Source: a virus. From it: DNA of 64,000 nucleotides. The DNA lies in IMG/VR virus record IMGVR_UViG_3300040770_000293, positions 20,449 through 84,448 of that record; one strand, written 5' to 3'. The notes under the pieces were generated by a model that was given only the letters and a program-made list of their open reading frames with translations, did no database searches and was not told where the DNA came from. The translations under genes and the position numbers were made by a program. Shown piece by piece: positions 37,701-46,703 of this stretch. Positions within the stretch are counted from its first letter, which is position 1. Each line of letters begins with the position of its first letter.

Positions 37701-40259
37701 AAGTTTTGCAAGTTCATAAGCTCTTGAAGCTTCTTCTGAAGTGTCTCCAACTATAACTATTTCTAAATTACCCTCAGAATCTATAACTCCACTAAGACCT
37801 CTTTTATAACTACCATCTGTTGTGTAAGGACTTTTTGCAAAGGCTCTTTCTTTAGCTATTTGCTCTAAATTAAATTTTAAATCTTCTGTTAAAACTATAG
37901 TTCCACTTTCATCTTTAGCTCTTTGATATATTGAAGCTACATCACTAGATATAGTACTTAACCACTTTCTAGTCTCTAAAGAAATATTTTCTTGTTCGTA
38001 AAGAGCTTCTTTTTTAGTATAGTATTCATCTTTAAAAGGTCTCTCTAAATACTGATTAAGTTCGTCTTTAACTTCTTCTCTATATTCTTGAAATTTATCG
38101 TTTGGAACATCTGGTAAAACTCCCTCTCTTTTTTTAATTAAATATTCTTTAATATCTAAAGTAGCTTGTCCAGAGAATTGATTGTAAGCTTTAAGTTCTA
38201 TTTCATTTACCTTATCTTCTACTTTTTGGTGGTCTACTTCATCTATTAAAAAACTACCTCTCCTTAAAGAGTTTACTTCTTTTTGACTAACACCTAAAGA
38301 TTCTAAGGTTAATAACAAATCTGTTGTTGGATTAGCATGGTATCTGTAAGTCTGTAAAGTTACTTTTTTAATGTTTTCGCCAAAAAGATTTAAGAGAGGG
38401 TTTTCAGCATGATTTAAACTTCCAAAATAAGCATGTGCCCAATTAGTGTCTTTCTTTGCTGCTTTAGCTACTTTAAGATAATTAATTTTTGAATCTTCTG
38501 ACCAGTTGTGTTTTATGGCTAAATCGTCAACTAGATTTTCAAGTACTTGATAATTGTCAATTTTACTAACTTCTCCATATAAATCTTGAATACCTACTAT
38601 AGCTTGATCTATTTCTGCCTTAATAAGTCTATCATTGTATTTTGAAAGTTCTAGTAAACCTCCTACTTCACTTAGTATAGGTCTCATTTGGTTTAATAAT
38701 GTCATGTAAACTACATTCTCTTCTGTTGAGAAAGGGTGTTTACTTTTATCATTATTTTTTAAAGCTTTATTTAAATATTTAATTTGGGTTTTTACAGAAG
38801 CTGTGATCCCTGCAAAGGATGCTATTTTATTTTGTTCGTCAATATCATCTAAATTTCGTTTTAATCTTAAAACAGCCTCTTTACTTGAAGTAATTCCACT
38901 AACCTTTGAAAGTTGGTTTTGAGTTATTTCTAATATCTCTATAGCTTTCTTAGCTACAGCCACTTGTAGTGCCATAGGGTCTTTTGAGCTGTTTGGTACA
39001 CTGTATAAAGTTAACTTACTAGTTGATAACTGTTCGTTTGATAAATAGTTTTGTAGCTCATCCTGCTGTAATAATTGAACTACTTGGTTATTAAAACTTT
39101 GTAGATCTGAAATATATTGAGGTTTAAATAAAGCTTGTACTTTAGTAAAAAAGTTTTGAAAAAGTTTTCTAACTCTCTCAATAAAGTTTTGTTGAGTTTC
39201 TGTTTTATTTTCTGTTTGGAAATTACTTTGTATTGCGTTTTTTAATACTTTACCTAAAATTTCTTTTCTTAAAACTTTATCTAACTCTTCTCCACTATAA
39301 GTTTTAGAATATATATCTCTATAATTTTCACTTAACTCCGCCCACTCTTCTGTTCTATGTATATTCCTAAGTAAGTTTTCTATTTCTTCTGAATTCCAAC
39401 CTTCAACTATTAAGTGAGCTGTTTCTTCTGTTAAATCTTCAACCTCTATTTGACCTCCTTGAAAAGCTACTACTCTATTAGCTATATCAACTAAAGCTTG
39501 TGCTGTAGGCTCTACTCCGTTTTTAATATTATATTTTGAAATATATTCAGAAATACCCATAGTTTTAACCCCTAATTTATTAAGTAAGGATAATAATTGA
39601 ACCTTTAGATTGTCTTCATTGGGAAGTTCTACTTCGTCTTGAATAACTTTAGAATCTCCATAAGGTCTATACATAGGATCTGCACTCAACTCTTCTTCAA
39701 AAGTTTTGTAATCTTTTGGCAATTCTTTTTGTCCCTCTTCAAGAATTATAAAATTACCATTACTCAACCTCTTAATTTTATTAATTCCAATATAACCATA
39801 AGAACTATCTTGAAAAAGTTGAGATTTTATAGCTCTCATAACTTCCGAAGCTCCAGAAACTTGAATTACTTTTTGTCCGTTGTCAAATAAAGTCTCTCCT
39901 AAAATTACATCTTCCTTAATCATAGAGTTTAAAAAACCAGAAAGTGATTCAGGATTAGAACCACTGTCTATAGAAAACATTAAATTATCTCCACTATAAC
40001 CTTGAATATCTCCTGACGAGGTGCTATCTAAAGCGTCTTTAAAATTTTGAAATACTTCTCCATTAACGTTTCTATATTCTATTGGAAGTTGCTCACCTTT
40101 AAATTTTTTAGAGAAGCTGTTTTTATAGATATCTACTGCTTGTTCAACGGACAAGTGAGGGTTGGAAACTATAGAATTAAATAATGCAGAAGTTTTACCC
40201 TCTGCATCTTTTACCCCTGTTATTTTATTTTGTGCATTATATTCTAGTATACAGCTCAT
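34713..40259 (-). CDS. Giant putative virion/DNA-ejection protein (1848 aa)
   Basis: Helical, single Cys (C3), degenerate zincin-like EETAH, hydrophobic segment near C-terminus; function inferred from size and context. Confidence 0.6.
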   Translation of the reverse strand: MSCILEYNAQNKITGVKDAEGKTSALFNSIVSNPHLSVEQAVDIYKNSFSKKFKGEQLPIEYRNVNGEVFQNFKDALDSTSSGDIQGYSGDNLMFSIDSGSNPESLSGFLNSMIKEDVILGETLFDNGQKVIQVSGASEVMRAIKSQLFQDSSYGYIGINKIKRLSNGNFIILEEGQKELPKDYKTFEEELSADPMYRPYGDSKVIQDEVELPNEDNLKVQLLSLLNKLGVKTMGISEYISKYNIKNGVEPTAQALVDIANRVVAFQGGQIEVEDLTEETAHLIVEGWNSEEIENLLRNIHRTEEWAELSENYRDIYSKTYSGEELDKVLRKEILGKVLKNAIQSNFQTENKTETQQNFIERVRKLFQNFFTKVQALFKPQYISDLQSFNNQVVQLLQQDELQNYLSNEQLSTSKLTLYSVPNSSKDPMALQVAVAKKAIEILEITQNQLSKVSGITSSKEAVLRLKRNLDDIDEQNKIASFAGITASVKTQIKYLNKALKNNDKSKHPFSTEENVVYMTLLNQMRPILSEVGGLLELSKYNDRLIKAEIDQAIVGIQDLYGEVSKIDNYQVLENLVDDLAIKHNWSEDSKINYLKVAKAAKKDTNWAHAYFGSLNHAENPLLNLFGENIKKVTLQTYRYHANPTTDLLLTLESLGVSQKEVNSLRRGSFLIDEVDHQKVEDKVNEIELKAYNQFSGQATLDIKEYLIKKREGVLPDVPNDKFQEYREEVKDELNQYLERPFKDEYYTKKEALYEQENISLETRKWLSTISSDVASIYQRAKDESGTIVLTEDLKFNLEQIAKERAFAKSPYTTDGSYKRGLSGVIDSEGNLEIVIVGDTSEEASRAYELAKLDKIFLKDLQDNKKDKQGIPTKFIEEIEKLEAQGDFKGAFDYLKLNSYLGFNREFWDSLGGKESLMDRLSNVEGDNQQRAEELIFSIKELQSKRNNIIKGNRVLNQPSETDVERMSTSEKEYIKEYTEKLQLLYQEASTFFKKEKNEEEVEETTENTVNQAYRDSLKDLGIRGIQELDFIREHTTSNGKADIDSAKTFVNMLLKGQLVNIPKKFEKHFSSNYPKDLEERQIAVYKDLVKYSQTKLLPYYTKFSPVGYDSLIQELGEGTKKVSQLLQEVSNGESPLTVTPNYSFFEAEERTDLNEKYIKNYEGGRYQFKGNDFKSSEYVNLFAPDKNRNATKNEKLFKARQALLDYHKESLQATDTLNQHNLFKLPQQSKSSLRKVEAFAKQPSFGKIREGIKDSVGYREEDIATGEVIEGSEKFKVQDMKIIPKYGFRDLANQDDLSDELLTSYSWMHEQGMLYRARKEHIGQALMLQSSVLNDTYSNKEAAATATLKMFNSHMDEAYFGVKEDIDYNINFFKNYNINVSKLLRIFSTFVRFRNLGFAVISPATSWITAQSQFYLENKVGEHVDMTSTKMANKEFRKLAGKAIAETGEINSKARLNILLENFLVYNKAERLKNSSFGKVMRNMVKLPYATHSMGNFPVIPRIALSVMYDYRIVNGSIQNFNEFKKANPTLSSLELKNTWNANEQNTMYNFMLTDDGKFNYDKAKMEGLLNRSGEDLEKYLKLKNEAIYQRISYAVQNIDGQMPEEEKSISARNLFLQLLTVHRSFIPIATARRFKNKHTSLMSGQVEEGSYRTLGRFVKGYFEQFTKDDVKNLGKDIKTYWAEFTQDDVNAKMNMQRNGKDFIMLNLIAGLSILLAKLADDEENKDVFLIQAANYLMLRLTNETASVGVALPATYYEVVESSFVGLNVIPDVLAVTDIGSDEIVSSGKWTGATKNLRYWGRNTGLVKEYFNLKNVQRVKDQYILNSGTFMYFTPAYLLSEDKEDKK

Positions 40260-40266
40260 TTATCTT

Positions 40267-40701
40267 TTATTTTATTAATTTTAATGCTACTTGTAATCCT
40301 GCTTCTAAAGCTTCTTCGTAAGTGCTATAATTTATTTTACTATACTTATGATTTTGTAAGTTTTTTTTATTTAAATCTACATTTTTGTAAATCATAAAGT
40401 ATATTTCAAAAGAAAAAATATCTGTATTAGAAGAATGTAATTTTACATGAATATTCTGAACCTCTCTCAACCATTTTTGAAGTAAAGACTGTGTTGGTGC
40501 ATTACAATGGATTATATCCCATTTATCATAACTGCGACTAGAAAGTACCCTTGGGGATTGATAGGCAAAAGTACAATCTCCGCCTCTGCCCATTTCAAGA
40601 GTATGCTCTAAAGTCTCTACATATTTATTTTTACATTCAATATTAAATCCTTTTTCTTTAGCTACCTTAGCTGTCTCGAAACTTATTAATTGCTCTTCCA
40701 T
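40267..40701 (-). CDS. Hypothetical protein with its own promoter (moron-like)
   Basis: MEEQLISFETAK.AKEKGF...APTQSLLQKWLRE...TYEEALEAGL family. Confidence 0.75.
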   Translation of the reverse strand: MEEQLISFETAKVAKEKGFNIECKNKYVETLEHTLEMGRGGDCTFAYQSPRVLSSRSYDKWDIIHCNAPTQSLLQKWLREVQNIHVKLHSSNTDIFSFEIYFMIYKNVDLNKKNLQNHKYSKINYSTYEEALEAGLQVALKLIK

Positions 40702-40718
40702 ATATATTTATTTTTTTA

Positions 40719-40750
40719 CAAATATAGAAAGAAAATTACAAACATTCAAA
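40719..40750 (-). promoter_or_regulatory. Bacteroidota sigma-A-type promoter
   Basis: TTTG-N20-TATATTTG on - strand. Confidence 0.7.
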
Positions 40751-43114
40751 ACTTTCTTCATTTATTTTTTGTTCCTCCGCTTTGGAGTAGTATTTTTCAA
40801 TTTTTACTGGTGGAACTTCATCTAATCTTTCTGCTCCATAGTTGTCTAAGTTTACACTTAAAACAGGTTGAGATACATTAAAAGTTTTATACTCAGATGT
40901 GTTTACAGGAACTTCTTCATAAAAACTATTACCCCCCTTTGTATCTACAAGTTCAAACACTCTGTCTTTAACTCTTATAAAATTATCTATACTGTTGTTT
41001 TTTACTATTGTAGTGTCTGTTATAAACTTATATTCTCCCTTTACTTTGTCCAAACTCATTGGGTTGTTAATATAATTTGTTCTATAGAAATCTCTAGTGT
41101 AATCGGAACTAGGTTTTTCTAAAGTTTTTAAGTTTGGTATTTGGTCTGTTAATAATGAATAGTTCTCTAAATCTTTAGCTTGCTTAATGTTTTTTTCGGC
41201 TAAATAGTCCTTAATTTTCTGAACTGTTATTGCGTCATCATTTACAAGTACTATTCCTCTCTCATTTATTGAAAAGTTACTATAGAACTCTTTATATTTT
41301 TCACTGTCTTTTATTTTTTCTTGCAAAAATTCTGAATAGAAGTCAGCTATAAAATCTGTTTTTAAATACTCTTCGTTCCCATCAAAAGCTTCAAAACTGT
41401 TAAACTCTTCTTGAAAATCTACGTTCTTTTTAAAAGTCATAGGATGTCCAAAAGCATATTTATTAATAACCATTTGTTGTAAAACAGTATTATCTAAAGA
41501 TACTGAGGGTACGTCTAATTTTGACACTTCATTCTCTATAAATCTTTTTATGTCGGCAACTATTAATTCTCTATTTTCAATATTTCTTAAAGTTTCAAGA
41601 TTTAGCTCTCCTGCTTGATTTGCTAAAGGAAATGCCTCTTTAGGTAATATATTTTCATTGTATTGAGAAATAGCATAAAGTTTATTATATAATGTGTCTA
41701 AATCTTCTTTTTCAATTTGTTGATATATATTTTCTGATACCTTTAATAATCCAAAATCATTAAAAAGAGTGTACTCTGAAAGTTTAGTTTTTAGAGATAT
41801 TAAGCTTTTATTTAAATTATTTTCAGAAACTACTTCAACCTTTGTTATAGGAATTACTTCTGTTTCAAATACTATTTGATGTTGCCCTATGAAGTCGTTG
41901 AAAGACTGCTCTGAAGGCTCTAAAAGCAATGTGTTTAGACTTTCTAAAAGGTCATATATTTCATCCCTACTTTTTGAAAACACTTTACTTGAAAGCCCTA
42001 CTATATCAACTCCTTGTTTAGCAGATTTAACCTCTATTTCTTTAATTAATTCTTTTACATCTTCAATATTTTCATAGTATAAATCTTGACCTAATTCATT
42101 AAGGTAAATTATGTCAGAAGATATAGAAAGGTTATCACTTAAATTTAAAGTCTGTTCTAGTTGTACTCTTATGTCATTTTGATTAACAGCAGTTAAAGTA
42201 TCACCTTCTATTTTCATTTGGGACATTCGTTTAAACTCTTGCATTTTTTCAAATAGTGTTTTACTTTCTGAAGAACTATTTAAATTTTCTTGAGGTAATG
42301 CATTTACTTTATCATGTATATCTTTTAACTCTCTTCTGCTATATTTTTTAGTGTTTCCTGTATCATATCCCCATTCGTTTATGTCATTACCATCCCACCA
42401 TAAGTCATTTAATTTTACCTCTTGCTCAATTATTTTGTAAGTTTTCTCTCCAAATCTTGCTTCTCCATGATTTTCAGCGTACCCTTTTGAAAAAGTCACC
42501 CAATCATAATCTTTAAGACTATCTAAATCAATGTCTAAAGGGATAGCTCTATATGATGTAATAGTTACATTATCTTTACCTGCTTTTAAAGCTCTTATTA
42601 CATTGCTTATAGCTGTAAAAGACTGCATACCCTCGTTGTTGTCATAACCATAGTATCTCGCCCCTACTTTAGGCTCAAAATAATCAGAAGGTTGGTTATG
42701 GAATCCATTAGCTACTTCCATTAATGAGAAGTCACCTCCTGTTTCTAGCTTTTCTTTTGTTAACCCCTCATCTTTACTTGGTGCTGAATGTCCATCTCTG
42801 AAATCAGACATAACTTCTACAAAATTTTCAAAATCAGAATTTTGTTTTGCTTTTTCATAGACTGAATCTAAATCGTTATCAAAAACTTCCTCTACAACAG
42901 TTTCTTTTTGTAGTATTTCTGGAATTTCTAAGATTATTTTTTCTAGTAAAGGTAGTTCTAATTCTGCTCTTAACCTATTAACTTTATCAATTATTTTATT
43001 TGCTTGTTCTGTTATAACTTCTTTTACAGATTGTGCCTCCTCTATACCTTGAGATACCTTTAATTCAAATTCATCCTGTAAAGATGTTCCTTGAAAACAT
43101 TTTATTTTTGACAT
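40736..43114 (-). CDS. Putative virion protein with ADP-ribosyltransferase-like domain (792 aa)
   Basis: HSAP...YRAIP...DWVTFS..YAENHG...DLWWDGNDINEWGY (R-S/T-E pattern). Confidence 0.6.
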   Translation of the reverse strand: MSKIKCFQGTSLQDEFELKVSQGIEEAQSVKEVITEQANKIIDKVNRLRAELELPLLEKIILEIPEILQKETVVEEVFDNDLDSVYEKAKQNSDFENFVEVMSDFRDGHSAPSKDEGLTKEKLETGGDFSLMEVANGFHNQPSDYFEPKVGARYYGYDNNEGMQSFTAISNVIRALKAGKDNVTITSYRAIPLDIDLDSLKDYDWVTFSKGYAENHGEARFGEKTYKIIEQEVKLNDLWWDGNDINEWGYDTGNTKKYSRRELKDIHDKVNALPQENLNSSSESKTLFEKMQEFKRMSQMKIEGDTLTAVNQNDIRVQLEQTLNLSDNLSISSDIIYLNELGQDLYYENIEDVKELIKEIEVKSAKQGVDIVGLSSKVFSKSRDEIYDLLESLNTLLLEPSEQSFNDFIGQHQIVFETEVIPITKVEVVSENNLNKSLISLKTKLSEYTLFNDFGLLKVSENIYQQIEKEDLDTLYNKLYAISQYNENILPKEAFPLANQAGELNLETLRNIENRELIVADIKRFIENEVSKLDVPSVSLDNTVLQQMVINKYAFGHPMTFKKNVDFQEEFNSFEAFDGNEEYLKTDFIADFYSEFLQEKIKDSEKYKEFYSNFSINERGIVLVNDDAITVQKIKDYLAEKNIKQAKDLENYSLLTDQIPNLKTLEKPSSDYTRDFYRTNYINNPMSLDKVKGEYKFITDTTIVKNNSIDNFIRVKDRVFELVDTKGGNSFYEEVPVNTSEYKTFNVSQPVLSVNLDNYGAERLDEVPPVKIEKYYSKAEEQKINEESFECL

Positions 43115-43359
43115 TGTAAAAATATTTTTATCATTGTTAACATTTCATCATCTTCTCGAATTATTTTTTCATATAAGATGTTTTTTTCTATGTTCTGTAC
43201 AAACTTTTTACTGTGAGTGGTAGAACCTTTTATTACAGTTGGTTTTACAGGAATTCCCTGAGCCATAATAACCATTAAACCTAAAGTAGAATAAGTTAAA
43301 GCCTTTTTAACACTCTTACTTATTCTACCTCTTGTGGCTATGGATATGGGACTAATCAT
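43102..43359 (-). CDS. Hypothetical protein
   Basis: Overlaps both neighbours. Confidence 0.6.
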   Translation of the reverse strand: MISPISIATRGRISKSVKKALTYSTLGLMVIMAQGIPVKPTVIKGSTTHSKKFVQNIEKNILYEKIIREDDEMLTMIKIFLQCQK

Positions 43360-44656
43360 TTCTTGTAAATGTTGTTGAAGTTTCTCCGTCTCCTGTAATG
43401 TCTATAGTGATACTTCCTACTGAAATTTCATTAGCTGTAGTTGTGGCTGGATTTTCTGAATCAAGTCCTCCTACTTTATGAAGTTCATCTATTTTAGTTG
43501 TTTGATCTATGGCGTTTTGATTACTCCAAACATTAATTGGTATAGTTTCTAAAGCTAGTAAATGATTACCTTTTTCAGTCATTGTTCCATTATTATATAA
43601 AGTTCCATATCCTTCTAAATAATACTCTCCTCCTGTACAAGTAGTATCAATTTCTACTTCCCCACCTCTTAGATTAAATTCAGCTAGAGATCCTACAATA
43701 GCATTTTTTAATTTAAAATATCCTGAATCTACATCTAATGAAACAGTTGATGGTTGACTTAACATATTTATAGTTGTTAAATCTCCTTCAAAAACAATGC
43801 CTGTACCACTCATATTTCCTCCAGGTTTTATACTAATATCTCCCTCTAATATACAATTTGTGAGATTAGTATTTGCATAAACTCCTGATTTTAAACTACT
43901 GTTAGTTGCTCTTAAATCCACGTCCACAGAATCGTATATCTCACAATCCACAGCTTGTGCTGTAGACCCTTGTTTAAAAACACCAGTTACTGCTAAGTTA
44001 GTAGCTTTACAATCTGTTACTAGTACATTATTAAATGTAAGTGTGTATTTTCTATTTCCCGTTTCTCCTATAATATCTAATCCATTAAGTATCCCATCTG
44101 GAATTCCAACTAAATTTAGATCACTACGTAAATATATCTTCTTAAATCCCCTAGCAAGTCTTATAGCATAAGAATTTGAAGTTGTTTTACAAGGGTATAA
44201 AGGTGTTCCAAATGGATATGTCGAACTATTTGTACCATTTACTGCATCTATAGTAACTCCTCCATTGTAAGAAGCGTACTCTATTTCAGGTAATTGTTGT
44301 ACAGTACTATCTACTAAATTTGAAACTGAACTTAAAATAGTTACATTAAAAGCTCCTAAAACAGGTGCGTAAGGGCTTGACCCATCTTCCGAATATAGAT
44401 TACCATTAACTGTTAAAACTTGACTTTCTTCAAAAGGTTTTATTTTCCAACCATTAATCATAAAATAACTAATTCCTAATTCTTTAGCTCCTGGCAGTGG
44501 GTCTCCTCCAACGTTCCTCATAGCTAATAAGTATTTAGAATTATCTGAAGTTAATAACCATTCAATATATCTGCTCCACAAATCTCTAACATCAACAGTT
44601 ATTGTGCTTACATCAAAAGTTATTATTTTAGTTATTCCATTAAAGATATACGCCAT
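43352..44656 (-). CDS. Putative tail-associated structural protein
   Basis: Beta-rich; FMINGWKIKP...VLTVNGNLY N-terminal domain. Confidence 0.5.
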   Translation of the reverse strand: MAYIFNGITKIITFDVSTITVDVRDLWSRYIEWLLTSDNSKYLLAMRNVGGDPLPGAKELGISYFMINGWKIKPFEESQVLTVNGNLYSEDGSSPYAPVLGAFNVTILSSVSNLVDSTVQQLPEIEYASYNGGVTIDAVNGTNSSTYPFGTPLYPCKTTSNSYAIRLARGFKKIYLRSDLNLVGIPDGILNGLDIIGETGNRKYTLTFNNVLVTDCKATNLAVTGVFKQGSTAQAVDCEIYDSVDVDLRATNSSLKSGVYANTNLTNCILEGDISIKPGGNMSGTGIVFEGDLTTINMLSQPSTVSLDVDSGYFKLKNAIVGSLAEFNLRGGEVEIDTTCTGGEYYLEGYGTLYNNGTMTEKGNHLLALETIPINVWSNQNAIDQTTKIDELHKVGGLDSENPATTTANEISVGSITIDITGDGETSTTFTRND

Positions 44657-44672
44657 TTATTTGGTTTTATTA

Positions 44673-44694
44673 AAGGGGTGGGCTAACACCCCTT
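44673..44694 (-). terminator. GC-rich intergenic hairpin (weak terminator or stabiliser)
   Basis: AAGGGGTG/CACCCCTT 8-bp stem, short T-tract. Confidence 0.45.
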
Positions 44695-44702
44695 GATTTA
44701 TT

Positions 44703-46055
44703 TTAAGCTAAAAATGCACGATCATTTTCTGCAACTAAAGAGATACCTTGACCTGTTGCTCTAGTTATAGTATAATTTGTTACAACTGGTTTTGCACTTC
44801 CTGCATTACCTGCAACTACTGTTACTTGTGCATCTGTTGCTGCTGTACGACCTCCTTGTATATTTGAATCATAAGCAAAACTAAAAGGTATTGAAGAGCT
44901 TGAAATAGTTCCAAATATACCTGCTCCTAAAGCGTTATTAACTGTAATTGCTCCAGACAACCCGTAATCTGCGACACCTGCTAAATCTGTAAAATACATT
45001 CTGTAATATCCTGTACCACCTAATGTAAGAAAAGAATTAAAGTTTAACGTTCCTGTTGCTGTAAAAGGCTCAGTTCTTTCTATTCCATTTTTATCTTTAA
45101 ATACAAGTCTGTTTACATCGTTAGTGTTGTAGTTATCAATATAAACACCTGTTGTAGTTATTAAAGTATCTCCGACAAAGTTTAACAGCAAACTTGCTGT
45201 TTTACCTGTAACTGATCCAACTCCATTATCTATATCCCCTGATTGTCTTAGTAGATACTGTATTTTAGTATATATTTGTTCTGCTGTTGCATTTGCACCA
45301 TTAATAATAGTTCTAAAAGGGTAAGATACTCCTCCAATTGTTCTATTTTGGTCTGTTGCAAAATATTCAACATTAATCGTGGTGTAAGGTGTGTTAGCAA
45401 TTACTGTCGCATCCGAAGCTTGTATTTTTAAATCATCTTCATTAGATAGAAGTAAATTTACAATATTAGCTCCTGTACTTGTTTTACCCGTGTCTGCAAG
45501 AACAGAGTCTTTATACTTTTTACCTTGTTCTCTTACATACCCCTTAAAAAAAGTACGATTATCAAAATTACCATTAGTAATATCTCCAAAAACTTGAATA
45601 CCTTCATTTACTTCATCTACAAAAGTAAAATTAGAAGATGTTCCATTTAAAATTTTTTGATAGTATAGTTGAGCTCCTGTACTTACTTCTCCCAAAGATA
45701 CAATACCTACATATTGTCTAAGTAAAGAACCTGAAGCTGAAAATTCAGACCAACCACCATCTCTAATCATTTGTCTAGTTGCATCATTAGATGGTTTCCA
45801 TCCGTTAAATGTTTGACCATTTGTACCTATTTGGAATTGTCCTGATAATGCATCAATGGCGTAAAATCCAAATTCAAATTTATTATAGGCTGTTGTTTCC
45901 CAAAGTTGTATAAATTTTGAGTAAAGTGCTTGAAAAGATACACCATCTTTTGCTACAAGATTTCCAGCTACATTTAAAGTAAATGTTTTTGCTGTTGTGT
46001 CAATTGTTAATTCTGTTCCAACATTTAGTTGCGAAGGGCTAATTATTTTAGGCAT
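44703..46055 (-). CDS. Putative tail-associated structural protein
   Basis: Thr/Gly-rich beta protein; GVSFQALYSKFIQLW. Confidence 0.5.
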   Translation of the reverse strand: MPKIISPSQLNVGTELTIDTTAKTFTLNVAGNLVAKDGVSFQALYSKFIQLWETTAYNKFEFGFYAIDALSGQFQIGTNGQTFNGWKPSNDATRQMIRDGGWSEFSASGSLLRQYVGIVSLGEVSTGAQLYYQKILNGTSSNFTFVDEVNEGIQVFGDITNGNFDNRTFFKGYVREQGKKYKDSVLADTGKTSTGANIVNLLLSNEDDLKIQASDATVIANTPYTTINVEYFATDQNRTIGGVSYPFRTIINGANATAEQIYTKIQYLLRQSGDIDNGVGSVTGKTASLLLNFVGDTLITTTGVYIDNYNTNDVNRLVFKDKNGIERTEPFTATGTLNFNSFLTLGGTGYYRMYFTDLAGVADYGLSGAITVNNALGAGIFGTISSSSIPFSFAYDSNIQGGRTAATDAQVTVVAGNAGSAKPVVTNYTITRATGQGISLVAENDRAFLA

Positions 46056-46701
46056 TTTTATTTATTTTTGTTTTATAATATTCAATTGTCTCTTTTTCAA
46101 ATTCTACTCTGCATTCTCCTGCTAATTTTTCAGCCATACCTCCTAAAATACTTATTGTAAAGGTTTTAGTTTTTATCTTACCATCAACATATATAAAAGC
46201 TTGAAAAGCATTGTCTTTTTTATTAAAACGAACGCCTTTTTTAGTGTTTACATATAAGTTATGTAACAATTTTCCTAATTTTTGCTTATAAATCGAACTT
46301 TGAGAGAGTTTTAAATTTTTTTTGGATGCTATTATTGCATTAATAGTCTCCACAGAACGTTTTTGAACTAAATTAGCAAGACGCATTTTTTGTTTTGTAG
46401 TATCAGATACAATATAGTTTAAACCTCCACATGTTAAATTATAACCATTAGGGCTCATCGTGTTTAATAACTCTATGTAATATTTTTCAAGCCTGTTTAA
46501 ATCTTCAATATCTATAATATTTTCATCAATTATCTCAAAAGTAAAGTTTTCTTTTTTATATTTTTGAATTGCAAAAGATATTGCTGATACGTTTTTCTTT
46601 GATTTCTTACAATGCTCTCTCCATCTTTGCTCGACTTTTTGTATGGTTTGCCCAATATAAGATTTATTGTTTGTTTTATTTGTAATTTTATATATTACCA
46701 T
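46048..46701 (-). CDS. GIY-YIG homing endonuclease
   Basis: MVIYKITNKTNNKSYIGQT...RWREH...E.YYI...NGYNL. Confidence 0.9.
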   Translation of the reverse strand: MVIYKITNKTNNKSYIGQTIQKVEQRWREHCKKSKKNVSAISFAIQKYKKENFTFEIIDENIIDIEDLNRLEKYYIELLNTMSPNGYNLTCGGLNYIVSDTTKQKMRLANLVQKRSVETINAIIASKKNLKLSQSSIYKQKLGKLLHNLYVNTKKGVRFNKKDNAFQAFIYVDGKIKTKTFTISILGGMAEKLAGECRVEFEKETIEYYKTKINKNA

Positions 46702-46703
46702 TA

